The notes under the pieces are model-generated. The model saw only the letters and a program-made list of their open reading frames with translations. It searched no databases and had not been told where the DNA came from. A stretch of 64,000 bases of DNA from Callorhinchus milii (Eukaryota), in contig NW_024704745.1 of the NCBI RefSeq assembly GCF_018977255.1, forward strand, positions 12,276,001 to 12,340,000, written 5' to 3'. Below are positions 1 through 10,454 of this stretch, piece by piece (positions within the stretch are counted from its first letter, which is position 1; each line of letters starts with the position of its first letter). The position numbers were made by a program, and so were the translations under genes.

Positions 1-395
1 TGGTAAAACGTGTTTGCAGACAGCGGAAAAATAGACAAAATGTAAAACTGCAGAAGTTCTGGCACCAGAATAGGAGGCGAGAAACACGAAAAACTGCACA
101 AAACTCAACAGTGAGGATTTTGTGTTGTGGTTTTTTTTTGCAGGAACGAATCCTTGTTTTATTTCAATTTCTTTGTAGACGTGGGTGCAAAGATGGAACA
201 CAGACGAGCTTTAGCTTTTCTTTCAAAATATAAAAAAAAGACATAACATCAGTTAGTATTTGTTTGTGCTTTTTGGAGGTTTCTGGATTCTGCATTTTTT
301 TTCTTCTTCATTCCATCTCTCACATTTGCGCAAATATAAACTTTCAACGCGCAGTTGGTGCGCGAATGATTTCCAAATGTATGATTTATTTTAAG

Positions 396-695
396 CGAAA
401 CCCCAAATCAGTGTCTCAGCTGATCCGGAGAGTGGGACCTCTGGAGTTCAGACTCTGACCTGTGTGGCTGCGGGATTTTTCCCGAGAGATCTGAATGTTT
501 CCTGGACGGTTGCGGGAGATGTACCGCACGAGACAGAGTCCGCATCTCTCACAGTGAACGACGACGGGACCTTCACTCTGAGCTCACGGCTGAGCCTCCA
601 AACCCCTGACTGGCGCCTGGGCTCTGCTGTCACCTGTCAGGTTCAGCACATCACCCTCATCCCACCGGGTACAGAGAGGATCAGCTTCACTGCGG
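396..695 (+). CDS. SIRPA-like: SIRP-family receptor, membrane-proximal C1-set Ig domain exon (gene starts upstream of window)
   Basis: Acceptor ttttaag|CG and donor GCG G|gtgag; 300 nt, phase 1-1. Encodes KPQISVSADPESGTSGVQTLTCVAAGFFPRDLNVSWTVAGDVPHETESASLTVNDDGTFTLSSRLSLQTPDWRLGSAVTCQVQHITL. Has canonical C1 motifs (C...F.P..L.V.W, N.DGTF...S.L, TCQV.H) and closely resembles SIRPalpha domain 3 (W..NGNVSRTETAS...ENKDGTY, TCQVEH). Confidence 0.9.
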
Positions 696-769
696 GTGAG
701 TCACGTTTCGCTTTGCGTCAAAAAGGGATCGCGTTCTATCGGGTGCGACTGGAAACGATAGTCACATAA

Positions 770-902
770 AAATAAAAATCAAAATCAAAATAAAAATCAA
801 AATCAAAATCAAAATTAAAATTAAAATTAAAATTAAAATTAAAATTAAAATTAAAATTAAAATTAAAATTAAAATTAAAATCAAAATCAAAATTAAAATC
901 AA
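770..902. repeat. Hexamer microsatellite (AAAATT/AAAATC/AAAATA)n
   Basis: About 22 tandem units directly visible. Confidence 0.95.
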
Positions 903-940
903 ACCCCCGACTTTATGTTCACGGTTTTGCAGTGGAGCTG

Positions 941-942
941 TT

Positions 943-982
<40 letters not shown>

Positions 983-983
983 C
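941..983. repeat. (GTT)n microsatellite
   Basis: Directly visible; source of the poly-Val and poly-Thr ORFs. Confidence 0.95.
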
Positions 984-1115
984 GTCCTCCTGATACAGAT
1001 ACTCTTTGCATCACCGGTTATCACACGTTTGCAACTCACCGTCAATAACCTCTTTTCCAGCAAATTGCAACCAAGTCCCCCCCCAACAACGGGCGACGTT
1101 GCAAAACGGGGGGGT

Positions 1116-1116
1116 C

Positions 1117-1172
<56 letters not shown>
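1116..1172. repeat. (CT)n microsatellite
   Basis: Directly visible. Confidence 0.95.
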
Positions 1173-1178
<6 letters not shown>

Positions 1179-1572
1179 GAGAAATTTTCCCGAGGAACGT
1201 GTCCACACGAAATTGCTGCGGATTTCAGCCTCTCATCCATCCCCTCGTGATATCAGAACCGGTGATGATAATAATTCTCAGTGTTGCACACGACGCACAG
1301 TAAAACCAACTCATAGCCCCCCAACAGCCTCTCTCTCTGCAGGGACTGGGAAAGTCCTTCTTGTCATTCTCAGAGCCCAAATGACAGCAATTTCAACAGT
1401 GAAGTGGGGGGTTTCGTCTCTGGAAGCGATGGATTTGGAGGTGAAGTCTCAACGACAAAGTGCATTGCTTTCCTCTGATCGCGATCTAAGGGTTTTGCGC
1501 TTTTCGTTGAGTAAAATAAGCCTCGACCGTGTGGGGAAGGCGAAGAGCTTATCGTCGGCTCAGTCGTCAGCA

Positions 1573-1574
<2 letters not shown>

Positions 1575-1607
<33 letters not shown>
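1575..1607. repeat. (AG)n microsatellite
   Basis: Directly visible. Confidence 0.95.
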
Positions 1608-1611
<4 letters not shown>

Positions 1612-1781
1612 AAGACACCGAAGGCGAGAGATCGCAGCGTGCGTTTGCTGTGATGTATTTAGTGTAAGTTGTGAACGTGCTTTGCAACTTCATTTCCCAA
1701 TATTCGCCTTTTTCGATGTGTTCCCGTAGAGAGGTCTCATTGACGCTTTAAAAAGGAGCAGTGGATGTGCCTTTTGCAATC

Positions 1782-2103
1782 GTGTCCTGGAGCTCAGTGG
1801 TGAGAGCACTCGACTTTGCAAGCGAGAGACCTGGGTTTAATTCCAGGCAGAGGGCGAAACCTTGGGCAAGTTTCCTTACTCCACACAGAGCCTAATAATA
1901 ATCCCTCCAAAAACCCAAAACAATAATTAAATTGGTCATTTTCAATCCGCGACTGTTTGCGGGACATTGCTGCGCGCAATTGGCCGCCGCGTTCGCCCAC
2001 AAATATACAGTCAATTCACTTTACAGTGCGTTCTGTGAAGCGCTTTGGGACGTCCTCCCGACGTGAAAAGCGCTATATCAAATGCAAGGATTATTATTTT
2101 ATT
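1782..2103 (+). mobile_element. Young tRNA-Ala-derived SINE, short form
   Basis: Pol III A box (agctcagtgg) and B box (ggtttaattcc), TGC anticodon loop, body tgtttgcgggacattgctgcgcgcaattggccgcc, L2-type tail aagcgctttgggacgtcc...aaagcgctatatcaaatgcaagg(att)n. Confidence 0.9.
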
Positions 2104-2639
2104 GTTAGTCAGTCCTGCTGCATCAATAGACATGACAACACCGTCTTAACAGTGTGTTCTGTACATCATCGACATTAGTGCCTATGGTTTTGGGGATTTA
2201 TTAGTAGGTCACTGGGACCTTGGGGTTGACACCCAAAGGGGCACAATTGCACATTTAAGTCTTAAGTTCCACAATTTTCAAGTTATGCTTTCTCGTCAGT
2301 GTATAGTGAACTCTCTAGATGAGAAGCGAGATGAAGAGGAGAGAGATAGAAACACTCTAACTTAGATTAGCAAAGGTGCCAAGAGCCTTAACCTATAATA
2401 TTTGGTATTTAGAGTTGTGTTGGACTGCTTGTAACAAGTTGCTGGATGGAGTGGCACAGTAAGAATGTAAGTTTACAATAACTAATAGTTGACATTAATG
2501 TGATGCAGTTATATTAACTGTTTGTGGTTAGTGTGTTTCAGTGCCTTCACAAGAAACGAGGATAAAACTGGAAGGAGATACAATAAAAATATTCCACTGT
2601 AAAAATTCAGAAGTGACAATGTTAAAGTGATAAAATTGT

Positions 2640-3030
2640 GGAGTCCTGTAGCTTAGTGATTAGAGCACTCGCTTCGCAAGCGAGAGGACTTGGGTTCGAT
2701 TCCCCGTCAGGGCAAAATGTTGGGCAAGTTTCCTTACTCCACACACCTCTGTTTACCTAGCAGTAAGTAGGAGCCCAGTTGTTAGTCGATTGGTGGATTG
2801 CTTTTCCGGGGTAATAATCCCTTCAAAAAAATATTAATTTGATCACTGAATCCACGACTGTTTGTGGGACACTGCTGTGTGCAATTGGCTGCTGTGTTTT
2901 GCTCACAAAATATACAATCGATTCACTTTACAGTATATTCTGTGAAGTGCTTTGAGACGTCTTGAAGATGTAATCAGGCGCTATCTCAAATGCAAGGATT
3001 ATTATTATATTAATATTGTATTTATTATTC
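2640..3030 (+). mobile_element. tRNA-Ala SINE, long form
   Basis: Starts ggagtcctgtagc; carries the extra central segment cctctgtttacctagcagtaagtagg; same tail as the short form. Confidence 0.9.
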
Positions 3031-3320
3031 CATAATGTTACACAAATAATGCATGTCATCTATATCTGCATGCTGCATTTCGCTCACAAATATACAGTCA
3101 ATTCACTTTACAGTATGTTCTTTGAAGTGCTTTGAGACGTCTAGAAGACGTGCAAAAAGTGCTATATCAAATGCAAGGATTATTATTATTATTATATCGT
3201 GTGAGTAATATTGCGTGAAAAGAATTGAATGTAACTTCATTTAAAACGTTAGCACTTGTGGTACATTGCTTGCAATCCATCCATATGGTTTATCATTCAT
3301 TTTTCAATTGTAATGTCAAG

Positions 3321-3425
3321 GTTTTTCTAAGTATCACTTCAGCCTGTTGAGTCTCATCATCATTGTCATCTTGCCATTTTGTGTCTGGATCATAAGGAAT
3401 CAGCGGGCTAAAGGGAAGAATGAAG
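3321..3425 (+). CDS. SIRPA-like: SIRP-like receptor transmembrane exon
   Basis: Acceptor tgtcaag|GT and donor GAA G|gtaat; 105 nt, phase 1-1, in frame with the C1 exon. Encodes GFSKYHFSLLSLIIIVILPFCVWIIRNQRAKGKNE: an uncharged hydrophobic span followed by a basic stop-transfer cluster. Confidence 0.8.
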
Positions 3426-3846
3426 GTAATCAATTACAAGTTGTTGAATTACAATCCAATGTGATTTAATATTTAACTGAACATCTCAGAAGTTATGGAG
3501 AAACCATTTTAACAGGAAAAATGTGAACAATATGAACTTAATTTTCCATATACTGTATATAACAATGTAACACGGATATGTAAGGTAGTTTAACATAGCT
3601 GCAAAAATAAAAATGTCGTGATATGCAAATGTCTCAATGTTGCCAAAATACAAATAGCCTAACAAGTAACTTAGTTACAAGCTTAACAAAACAGCTTGAC
3701 AAGTAACATAATTTTAATATGTAACTATGATAACACAGTGAATGCAAATATAAATACACAATAGATGTATAATTTCCACAATTATCCTTGTTATTACTGC
3801 ATCTTGTTGAATAAACCACGACGTGTTGTCTGAAATATTTGTACAG

Positions 3847-3908
3847 ATGTATCAATCTGCAAAGATGATAGAAAAATAGGCCAAAGAGGAAATGAATCAG
3901 GTCATGAA
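3847..3908 (+). CDS. SIRPA-like: SIRP-like receptor short cytoplasmic exon
   Basis: Acceptor ttgtacag|AT and donor GAA|gtaagt; 62 nt, phase 1 to 0. Encodes DVSICKDDRKIGQRGNESGHE and supplies exactly the phase change needed between the TM and terminal exons. Confidence 0.8.
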
Positions 3909-4534
3909 GTAAGTATATTTTTTGATATTTTTTGAAATGTTCCTGTTAGAATTTGGTTCTATTTTATGAAGTTAATTGATATCTACCGTGTATAGATTAA
4001 ATTCTACGCAATATTCTAAATGTGGTTTGACGAGTGGTGCAGCCGTACAAGATTAGAACAACTCGTTTCAACTCAGAAAGAAAATGCAATTGATTTACCT
4101 CGGTGTGTCAGCCGAGCTCAATTGGTAGCACTCTCGCCTCAGAGTCTGGAGGTTGAGGCCGCACATCAGCACCATTGCAAAGTTTCTCTTCAGGTTTGAT
4201 ATTTCACGGTGGGACTTCTGTCTGAACAACACGGTCCAGTAAAAAAAATGTAATTTGGGTTTGCAGTCTACTTCTATTATTGGGACAAATTCCACTTGGG
4301 TCTATATTCACTGTATGTTTGTAGCTTCTCAGAGCAACAATAATAATAATAATTCTTGCAGTAAATATAACATCTGATCATGTCGATGAGGTGTCTCAAA
4401 GCGCTTTACAGGAAATACTGTAAAGTGGATTGACTGTGTATTTTGTGGGTGAACCCATGTGCACAATACTCCAAAATCAGGTGTTAGTTTATTTTTAAAA
4501 TGTTGTTAAATATTGCTTGTGAATCCAACTTATT

Positions 4535-4830
4535 TAGGGATTAGAGCACCTGTCTGGGTTTGATTCCTAGGCAGGGCAAAACTTTGGGCAAGTTTCATTA
4601 CTCCACATGCGTCTATTCAACTTGCAGCAAGTAGGAACATAGTTGTTAATCGATTGTTGGATCGCTTTTCCGGAGGTAATAATCCCTTCAAAAATAATAA
4701 CAACAACTTGGTCACTGCCGCGTTTTGTCCACAAAATATTCAGTCACTTTACAGTATATTCTGTGAAGCGCTTTGAAACGTCTCGAGGACATGATAAGAT
4801 CAAATGCAAGGATTATTTTTATTATTATTT
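4535..4830 (+). mobile_element. Diverged long-form tRNA SINE
   Basis: gggcaagtttcattactccac...gcagcaagtaggaac plus the family tail. Confidence 0.75.
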
Positions 4831-4989
4831 TCTATATGTCTAGCTGTATCATATATATATCTATACTTTAAAATAGCCAGTTGTACCAGAGATCTGTGAA
4901 GTTAAAGATAATTTTTAACACCATCGCATGAAAACAAGCACTTTCAAAACTTAGAACTTGCTCATTAATTTAAATAAAATGACTTGTTT

Positions 4990-5230
4990 TCACTTCTAAT
5001 AACAGTGGATGTAAGGACACTGGCTGATGAAAAAACAGGAAGCCTGACTCATTGGCAGTACTTGGAGGGGTAGAATTTTTTTCTACGCTAGCTGGGCAAG
5101 TAGTGGGAACTTTACCAGATAGTGCTCTGAATGGCAAGTTGTGCAGTTTTAGCGAGTTAAATTCCAGCAGTACTCGATCACACACTTCTGGAGTACAATT
5201 CAGCACTGATGCTAGATCAACTCAAAGGAA
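4990..5230 (+). mobile_element. Unclassified interspersed repeat (family X), diverged internal fragment
   Basis: Aligns by eye to 5660-5790, 30640-30770 and the reverse complement of 21560-21680. Confidence 0.55.
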
Positions 5231-5290
5231 ATAAGGAAGGTTTTTCCCAAGAACTCTGACGTGAATGTAAAACTCCAGTCTATGTTACAG

Positions 5291-5545
5291 GAAAATACGT
5301 TTCGCAGTGAGGATGCACAGAATTATGCCTCTATTATCTTCAAAGATCCTGTGAAAAGAAACAATAAACAACTGCAAATGCCAGATCCTGACCACACGAC
5401 AGAATACGCTGCCTTGAAGGTCAAAGATAAAAATAAACAATTCTATGAAGATTCGGTTTATTATGCCACAGTTACGGTACAGCCCACAACATACAGAAGA
5501 CAAACTGATGAATGCAATGCAACCACATTTGCCGTGCTCAAGTAA
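5291..5545 (+). CDS. SIRPA-like: SIRP-like receptor terminal exon with ITIM/ITSM-like tyrosine motifs
   Basis: Acceptor gttacag|GAA, phase 0. Encodes ENTFRSEDAQNYASIIF...PDHTTEYAALKV...YEDSVYYATVTV...ATTFAVLK*. HTTEYAAL and EDSVYYATV parallel SIRPalpha NHTEYASI and EDTLTYADL. Confidence 0.88.
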   Translation, partial: ENTFRSEDAQNYASIIFKDPVKRNNKQLQMPDPDHTTEYAALKVKDKNKQFYEDSVYYATVTVQPTTYRRQTDECNATTFAVLK

Positions 5546-5559
5546 AACATGTTTAATAT

Positions 5560-6000
5560 GCTGTTTCATCACCAGGACCTGGATGAGCAAACTCGTCACT
5601 GGGGGCAGGGAGTCATTCCACTCAGCTCCTGTTAACCCTGCAAAGCCAAAGCCCTAATGGGTAGGGTGGTCCTAGCTGGAGTAACAGCAGGAAAGCTTGC
5701 CGGACAGCAATATCAATAGCAAGCTATGTAGTTTTAGCTGGTTAGACTCCAGCAGCACCCCCAACGCACACTCTAGGGTCCCCAAGCCTTGACTGTTGGC
5801 AACCTGAGCCGAATACTTTCCGGAATTAGATAAGCAGGCTGCATCCTTCTAGGGAGAGAGTCTGGATTCATTTCCAACAATCTATCTCTGGGATTTTCAT
5901 GTGTAGTTAGATGCATGGAAATCTCAGTTTGGTTTGGATACTCTTAAGCATGGTGATGGGTTTCCGCATGAGTCACACGCCCGGTTGACCAAGAAACAAT
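5560..6000 (+). mobile_element. Unclassified interspersed repeat (family X) in the SIRP-like 3' UTR
   Basis: Matches the reverse complement of 21410-21760, and also 30550-30870 and 44990-45190; ends in an A-rich stretch. Confidence 0.75.
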
Positions 6001-6239
6001 TGTGTTCTTTTGTGCATTGTTGTAAATAGGCACTAGGTGTCAGTGCATCCTTCTCAGAAAAGTAGTCTATTCCTTTCAGACTTGGGTCACATATATTTTC
6101 ATTCTCCCTCGAGGCAAGTAAAAGTATAATACTGGTGTAATCAGTTATGATGTTTTATGATGAATATATGTTTGTCAGAGGTGCTCTACAGAAGGGAGGA
6201 TTTCTGTTTTTCCCTGGCTTTAAGATAATTAGCAAATGA

Positions 6240-6490
6240 GCAAATAGAGAGAGGGGGAGAATAATATTTTCATGCAGAGTACAGAGTTAGGATATGGAAT
6301 GTCCAGCCAAGCACAGTGGTTGAGGCAGAATCCATATTAGCTTTCACGAAGGAACTAGATAAATACCTAAAAAAAGAAACAAATACAGGAGTTATTAGAA
6401 AAAAAGGCAGGTAAATAGGACTGAAAGGAGCCAGCACAACCAGGATGGGCCGAATGTCCTTCTGTGCTGCAACTTTCTTATAGTTCTATG
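6240..6490 (+). mobile_element. CR1 LINE 3' fragment
   Basis: cagagttaggatatggaatgtccagcc...gggccgaatgtccttctgtgctg, typical of the CR1 3' end. Confidence 0.75.
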
Positions 6491-6818
6491 ACTCAGAAAT
6501 TGTTTTATTCCAATCAGGCAGCCAGAGCCCCATGGCTTTAGGTCTAATCAGTGCTAGTGGCCATTTACACTGATGTAAAATAACAGTGAAAGGCTTAAAA
6601 CAATACATATTTGAAGCTTATTAATGCCTTAAATATTGTCTGATTTTACCATTTTACAATCAGTATTTCTGTATAAAGTACTTTTTAACATTCCTTTGTA
6701 GTGACAGTTCAAAGTATTTTGCGGGCATCAAGTCATTCTTTAGACTTATGTAAATTATGCTTCATTTATTGCTTCTGAAAATGAGTTGAAATGACGCTGT
6801 TTGCTGGTTTAGTGATTT

Positions 6819-6824
6819 AATAAA
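6819..6824 (+). terminator. Probable polyadenylation signal of the SIRP-like gene
   Basis: AATAAA about 1.3 kb after the stop, followed by a GT/T-rich tract (gtttgttcaattttcctgtttgtgttttttg). Confidence 0.4.
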
Positions 6825-7649
6825 GTTTGTTCAATTTTCCTGTTTGTGTTTTTTGACTTACTTTGTAATAGAAAGCATTGTAGTTTGTGGAGCATTGCTG
6901 TGCATGATGTGCCTATGAATAATATCAGTGTTGGAACTTCCGTGACATCAGTTTCTTTCAGGTACCGTATAGGATATGCTAAAAATAAAACAAAGCATCT
7001 TTGCTATGTCCAAATAATGCATTTAAACGCCCAGCTTCAGGAAAGCATTACTGAATTCATAAGTGTGACATTTTCCATTTCCTGCATTAGTAAAGCATGT
7101 GGCGTATTTGGGTAAGGCTTGCAACTTTGTGTAACTTAATGATGAAATATTATCCGATCTATGCTGTGGATTTACGCACCTGGTTAGGTGTTAAGAGCTT
7201 ATGACCTATGTACAAATGAGAGTGGAAGACTGGGGGAGTAATGACTCAGTGGAAACTATCAGTTGGTGACGGTTGATATAAAGATATATAAGATGAAGGA
7301 GAGTGAGTTAAAAATAATCAGCCCAGAATTGCCATATTTCAAAGTACATTCTACGTTTTTTAAATTATTGTCGCCGAGAATTGTCCTGGTGTCTCAGTGT
7401 ATCTGAAAGTAATGTTTTCTATCCCAATTAACTTCTCACATACCTGTAACACTACTCTGAAACATTATTTTTCAAGGATAAAAAGATTTAAAAAAAGTTA
7501 ATTAGTTTCCGGGCTGCTTGTGGGGCATTGCTGTGTGCAAATTGGCTGCCAAGTTCACTCACAAAACACAACATTTGTTCAGAGTGTGAAACTTGCTTTT
7601 AGAAAAAAAAGTTTTTTCTTTGCAGCTGTGACATTTTCCATTTGCAGCT

Positions 7650-7865
7650 GCAATAATCCCTCCAAAAAACAAAAACAATAATAAATTGGTCATTTTCAAT
7701 CTACGACTGTTTGTGGGACATTGCTGTGCGCAATTGGCTGCCGCGTTCGCCCACAAATATGCAGTCAATTCACTTTACAGTGTGTTCTGTGCAGCGCTTT
7801 GGGATGTCCTCCCGACGTGAAAAGCGCTATATCAAATGCAAGGATTATTATTATTATTATTATTA
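7650..7865 (+). mobile_element. Young tRNA SINE, 5'-truncated
   Basis: Near-identical body and tail to the 10709-11029 copy. Confidence 0.9.
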
Positions 7866-7892
7866 GATGTAGATTGACATCTACAGAATAAA

Positions 7893-8240
7893 ACCCAGCT
7901 CAATTAGTACACTAGCACTCTTCGGAGTCAGAGGATTCGAGCCTCACGTTAAGAGTTTGAGCTCACATTCCAGGTCAATGCTGGAGAATGAGACATTGCC
8001 CTTCAGAATAGACAAAACCAAGGTCCTGTCTGCATGTTGAGGTGGGACATTAACAATCCCATGGCATTATTGGGAAAGAGAAGGGAGTCTCTCCTGGTGT
8101 CCTGGCCAACAATTCCCCAGATAAAATTGTCTATTCACTTCAAGGCTGTTTGAAGGATATTGCTATGCAGAAATTGGCTGCTGCTTTCACCTACAACTAC
8201 AGTCACTTCACTTTACAGAAAACTCTGAATTGCTTTGAGA
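7893..8240 (+). mobile_element. Old DeuSINE (SacSINE1-like)
   Basis: Deu-domain motifs cccatggcattattgggaaagagaagggagtctctcctggtgtcctggccaac. Confidence 0.75.
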
Positions 8241-8243
8241 TGT

Positions 8244-8621
8244 ATAATAATAATAAAAATAATCCTTGCATTCGATATAGTGCCTCATCACGTCTTCGAA
8301 ATGTCTCAAATCGCTTCACAGAATAGGCTGTAAAGTGAATTGACTGCGTATTTTGTGGGCGAAATGCAGCAGCCAATACTGGGATAGTAGTGTCCCACAA
8401 ACAGTCGTGGATTGAGCCACCAAATTAGTTTTTTTTAAGCGATTACTACCCCCGGAAAAGCAATCTGCCAATCGACCAACAACCGGGTTCCTACTTACTG
8501 CTAGTTGAACAGAGGCGTGTAAAGTAAAGAAATTTACCTAACGGTTCGCCCTGCCTGGGAATCAAATCCAGGTCGTCTCGCTTGCGAGGCAGGTGTTCTA
8601 ACTATTATGCCACAGGACTCC
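8244..8621 (-). mobile_element. tRNA-Ala SINE, long form
   Basis: Reverse complement of the 2640 type; ends ...cacaggactcc. Confidence 0.9.
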
Positions 8622-8999
8622 ACACAATGAGTGTTGAAGCAGAGTTAGCGTGACCAACACCACTCTATGGTTTATCAAGAAGTGAGACTGACCTTACTAA
8701 ATGTGTAACTGTGTCTCACCGATGGCAATACCACATAGCAGTGAGGCTGTATGAAGCTAATAATAGCAATCTGAATAAAAACCGAGATAGGCAGTGCTAA
8801 GGCTCACCACAAAAAATATGTGTTTAAGGTTGCGTTGATATGTGTTGATCTAACTAATGTAATGCAACAAGCTGGTGGAGAGAGCAATAGTTGGCTATAG
8901 AAGTAAAATCCGTAGGCCAAACTTTTTTCAAAAGCATACAATATAATCTTTGAGGGCATCTAGCATTGATTCACCAGAGCAATACCTGGGATGAAGTGG

Positions 9000-9220
9000 G
9001 TTAGCTATAATTCAAGTTGTCTGAGGAAACTTGGATTATATTTCTTAGATCTGCGAATGCCAATGGTAGTCTGATCTAGGTTTTTACATTAATTCAGGGT
9101 TTTTACAAGCTTAATAAAATATGTCACTTTCTTTTCTTTGAAGGATCCAAGACATGGGCACAAAGCCTTAAAATTGGAGCTAGGCCAGTGAGAAATGAAA
9201 CCAGAAGACATTTCTTTACA
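9000..9220 (+). mobile_element. CR1 LINE ORF2 C-terminal fragment, degraded
   Basis: gggcacaaagccttaaaattggagctagg...agacatttctttacagag. Confidence 0.6.
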
Positions 9221-9564
9221 GAGTTACGATAATAATATAATAATAATATTTTTGCATTTGATATAGAGCCTTATCATGTTGTCCAGATGTCTCAAAGCGC
9301 TTCACAAGAAATATGTAAAGTGGAGTGACTGAGTGAGTCGCACCAAGTCCTGTGAATCTGAATTTCTAGATCCCCTTGTTCCTCTTAGATTCCTACTATC
9401 CAGGGTCAATTTGGCTTCGTTTATTCTTACTACTGTTCCTTTATCCTACTTCACGTTGCTTGTGGGACCTCGCTGACTGCTACTTATACCTTAAACCAGT
9501 CACTACACTTGACAGTAATTACTGTGAGGCACTTTGAAATGTTTCAATGTAAAAATATTAATAC

Positions 9565-10005
9565 AATAATAATAATAATAATCAGTGCATTTGTATAGCA
9601 CCTTATCATATCGGAAGGACATCTCAAAGTGCTTCACAGGAGTTACTGTGAAAGGGAGTCACTGTATCTGTAGGCAAACATGGCAGCACAATTGTGCATA
9701 GCAATGTCTCACAAACAGCCATGAAATGAGTGATCAACTTTATTCGGGGGATTGTTGGCCAGGATACCCAGGAGGAACTCCACTTTCTTTTCAAAAAGTG
9801 CCATGGGATCTTTAACATCCATTGGAACAGGCAGATGGGTATGTAAGTTAATGTCTCATCTGAAGGATGGCACCTCTGACAATGCAACACAACCCCAACA
9901 CCATGTTGAATTGTCAGCTTAAACAATGTGAATTCATGTCCTGACGTGACACAAACTCTTGACCTTCTAACTCAGAGGTGAGAGCTACATCTAAGCCAAG
10001 CTGAT
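9565..10005 (-). mobile_element. Old DeuSINE (SacSINE1-like), near full length
   Basis: tgccatgggatctttaacatcca...tctcatctgaaggatggcacctctgacaatgcaac...ttctaactcagaggtgagagc. Confidence 0.85.
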
Positions 10006-10454
10006 AAGATACAAGAAGCCCAATTTTTTTTCTATTTTAGGAGGGATGGAAAGTTCGCAAATGTTCTGAAAAAGTCAAAAAAAACAACCACTGAGGTATG
10101 TACGTTATTTCACTTTGAACGCATGTATTCACAGTGGCTTAACAAGTCGACAGACTGAAACCAATGTTGTGGCCGGCTGCACAATACCCCGTGCATTCAA
10201 AGACAGCAGGAGGGACCCTATCATCATATTCTTGTTTCTGGTGTTGGTTGAAGACCCCTACGTGAGCTGGTAGTAATCACCTCTAGAAGCAGGACCTTGT
10301 GGTGATTATTTCAGCATTGCATCAAAAGCAGGGCCAATCTCGTCTGCTTATTTTGGATATAGGAAAGCGAAACTGTAACAGTGAGCGGGCAGGGCAGTTT
10401 ATGCAGGTTGTGACTCATCTGACAGCAGAGGTGGAAGTCTGCCTATTTTAGGTC

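Noticed and set aside
915-1250. ORF with a poly-Val stretch that looks like a TM exon after the C1 domain
   Set aside because: It is the (GTT)n microsatellite. The nearby acceptor in the phase required by the C1 exon reads poly-Cys, and a proper TM exon exists at 3321-3425.
1782-1860. tRNA-Ala-like sequences, here and at each SINE head
   Set aside because: They lack a proper acceptor stem and run into SINE bodies; these are SINE heads, not tRNA genes.
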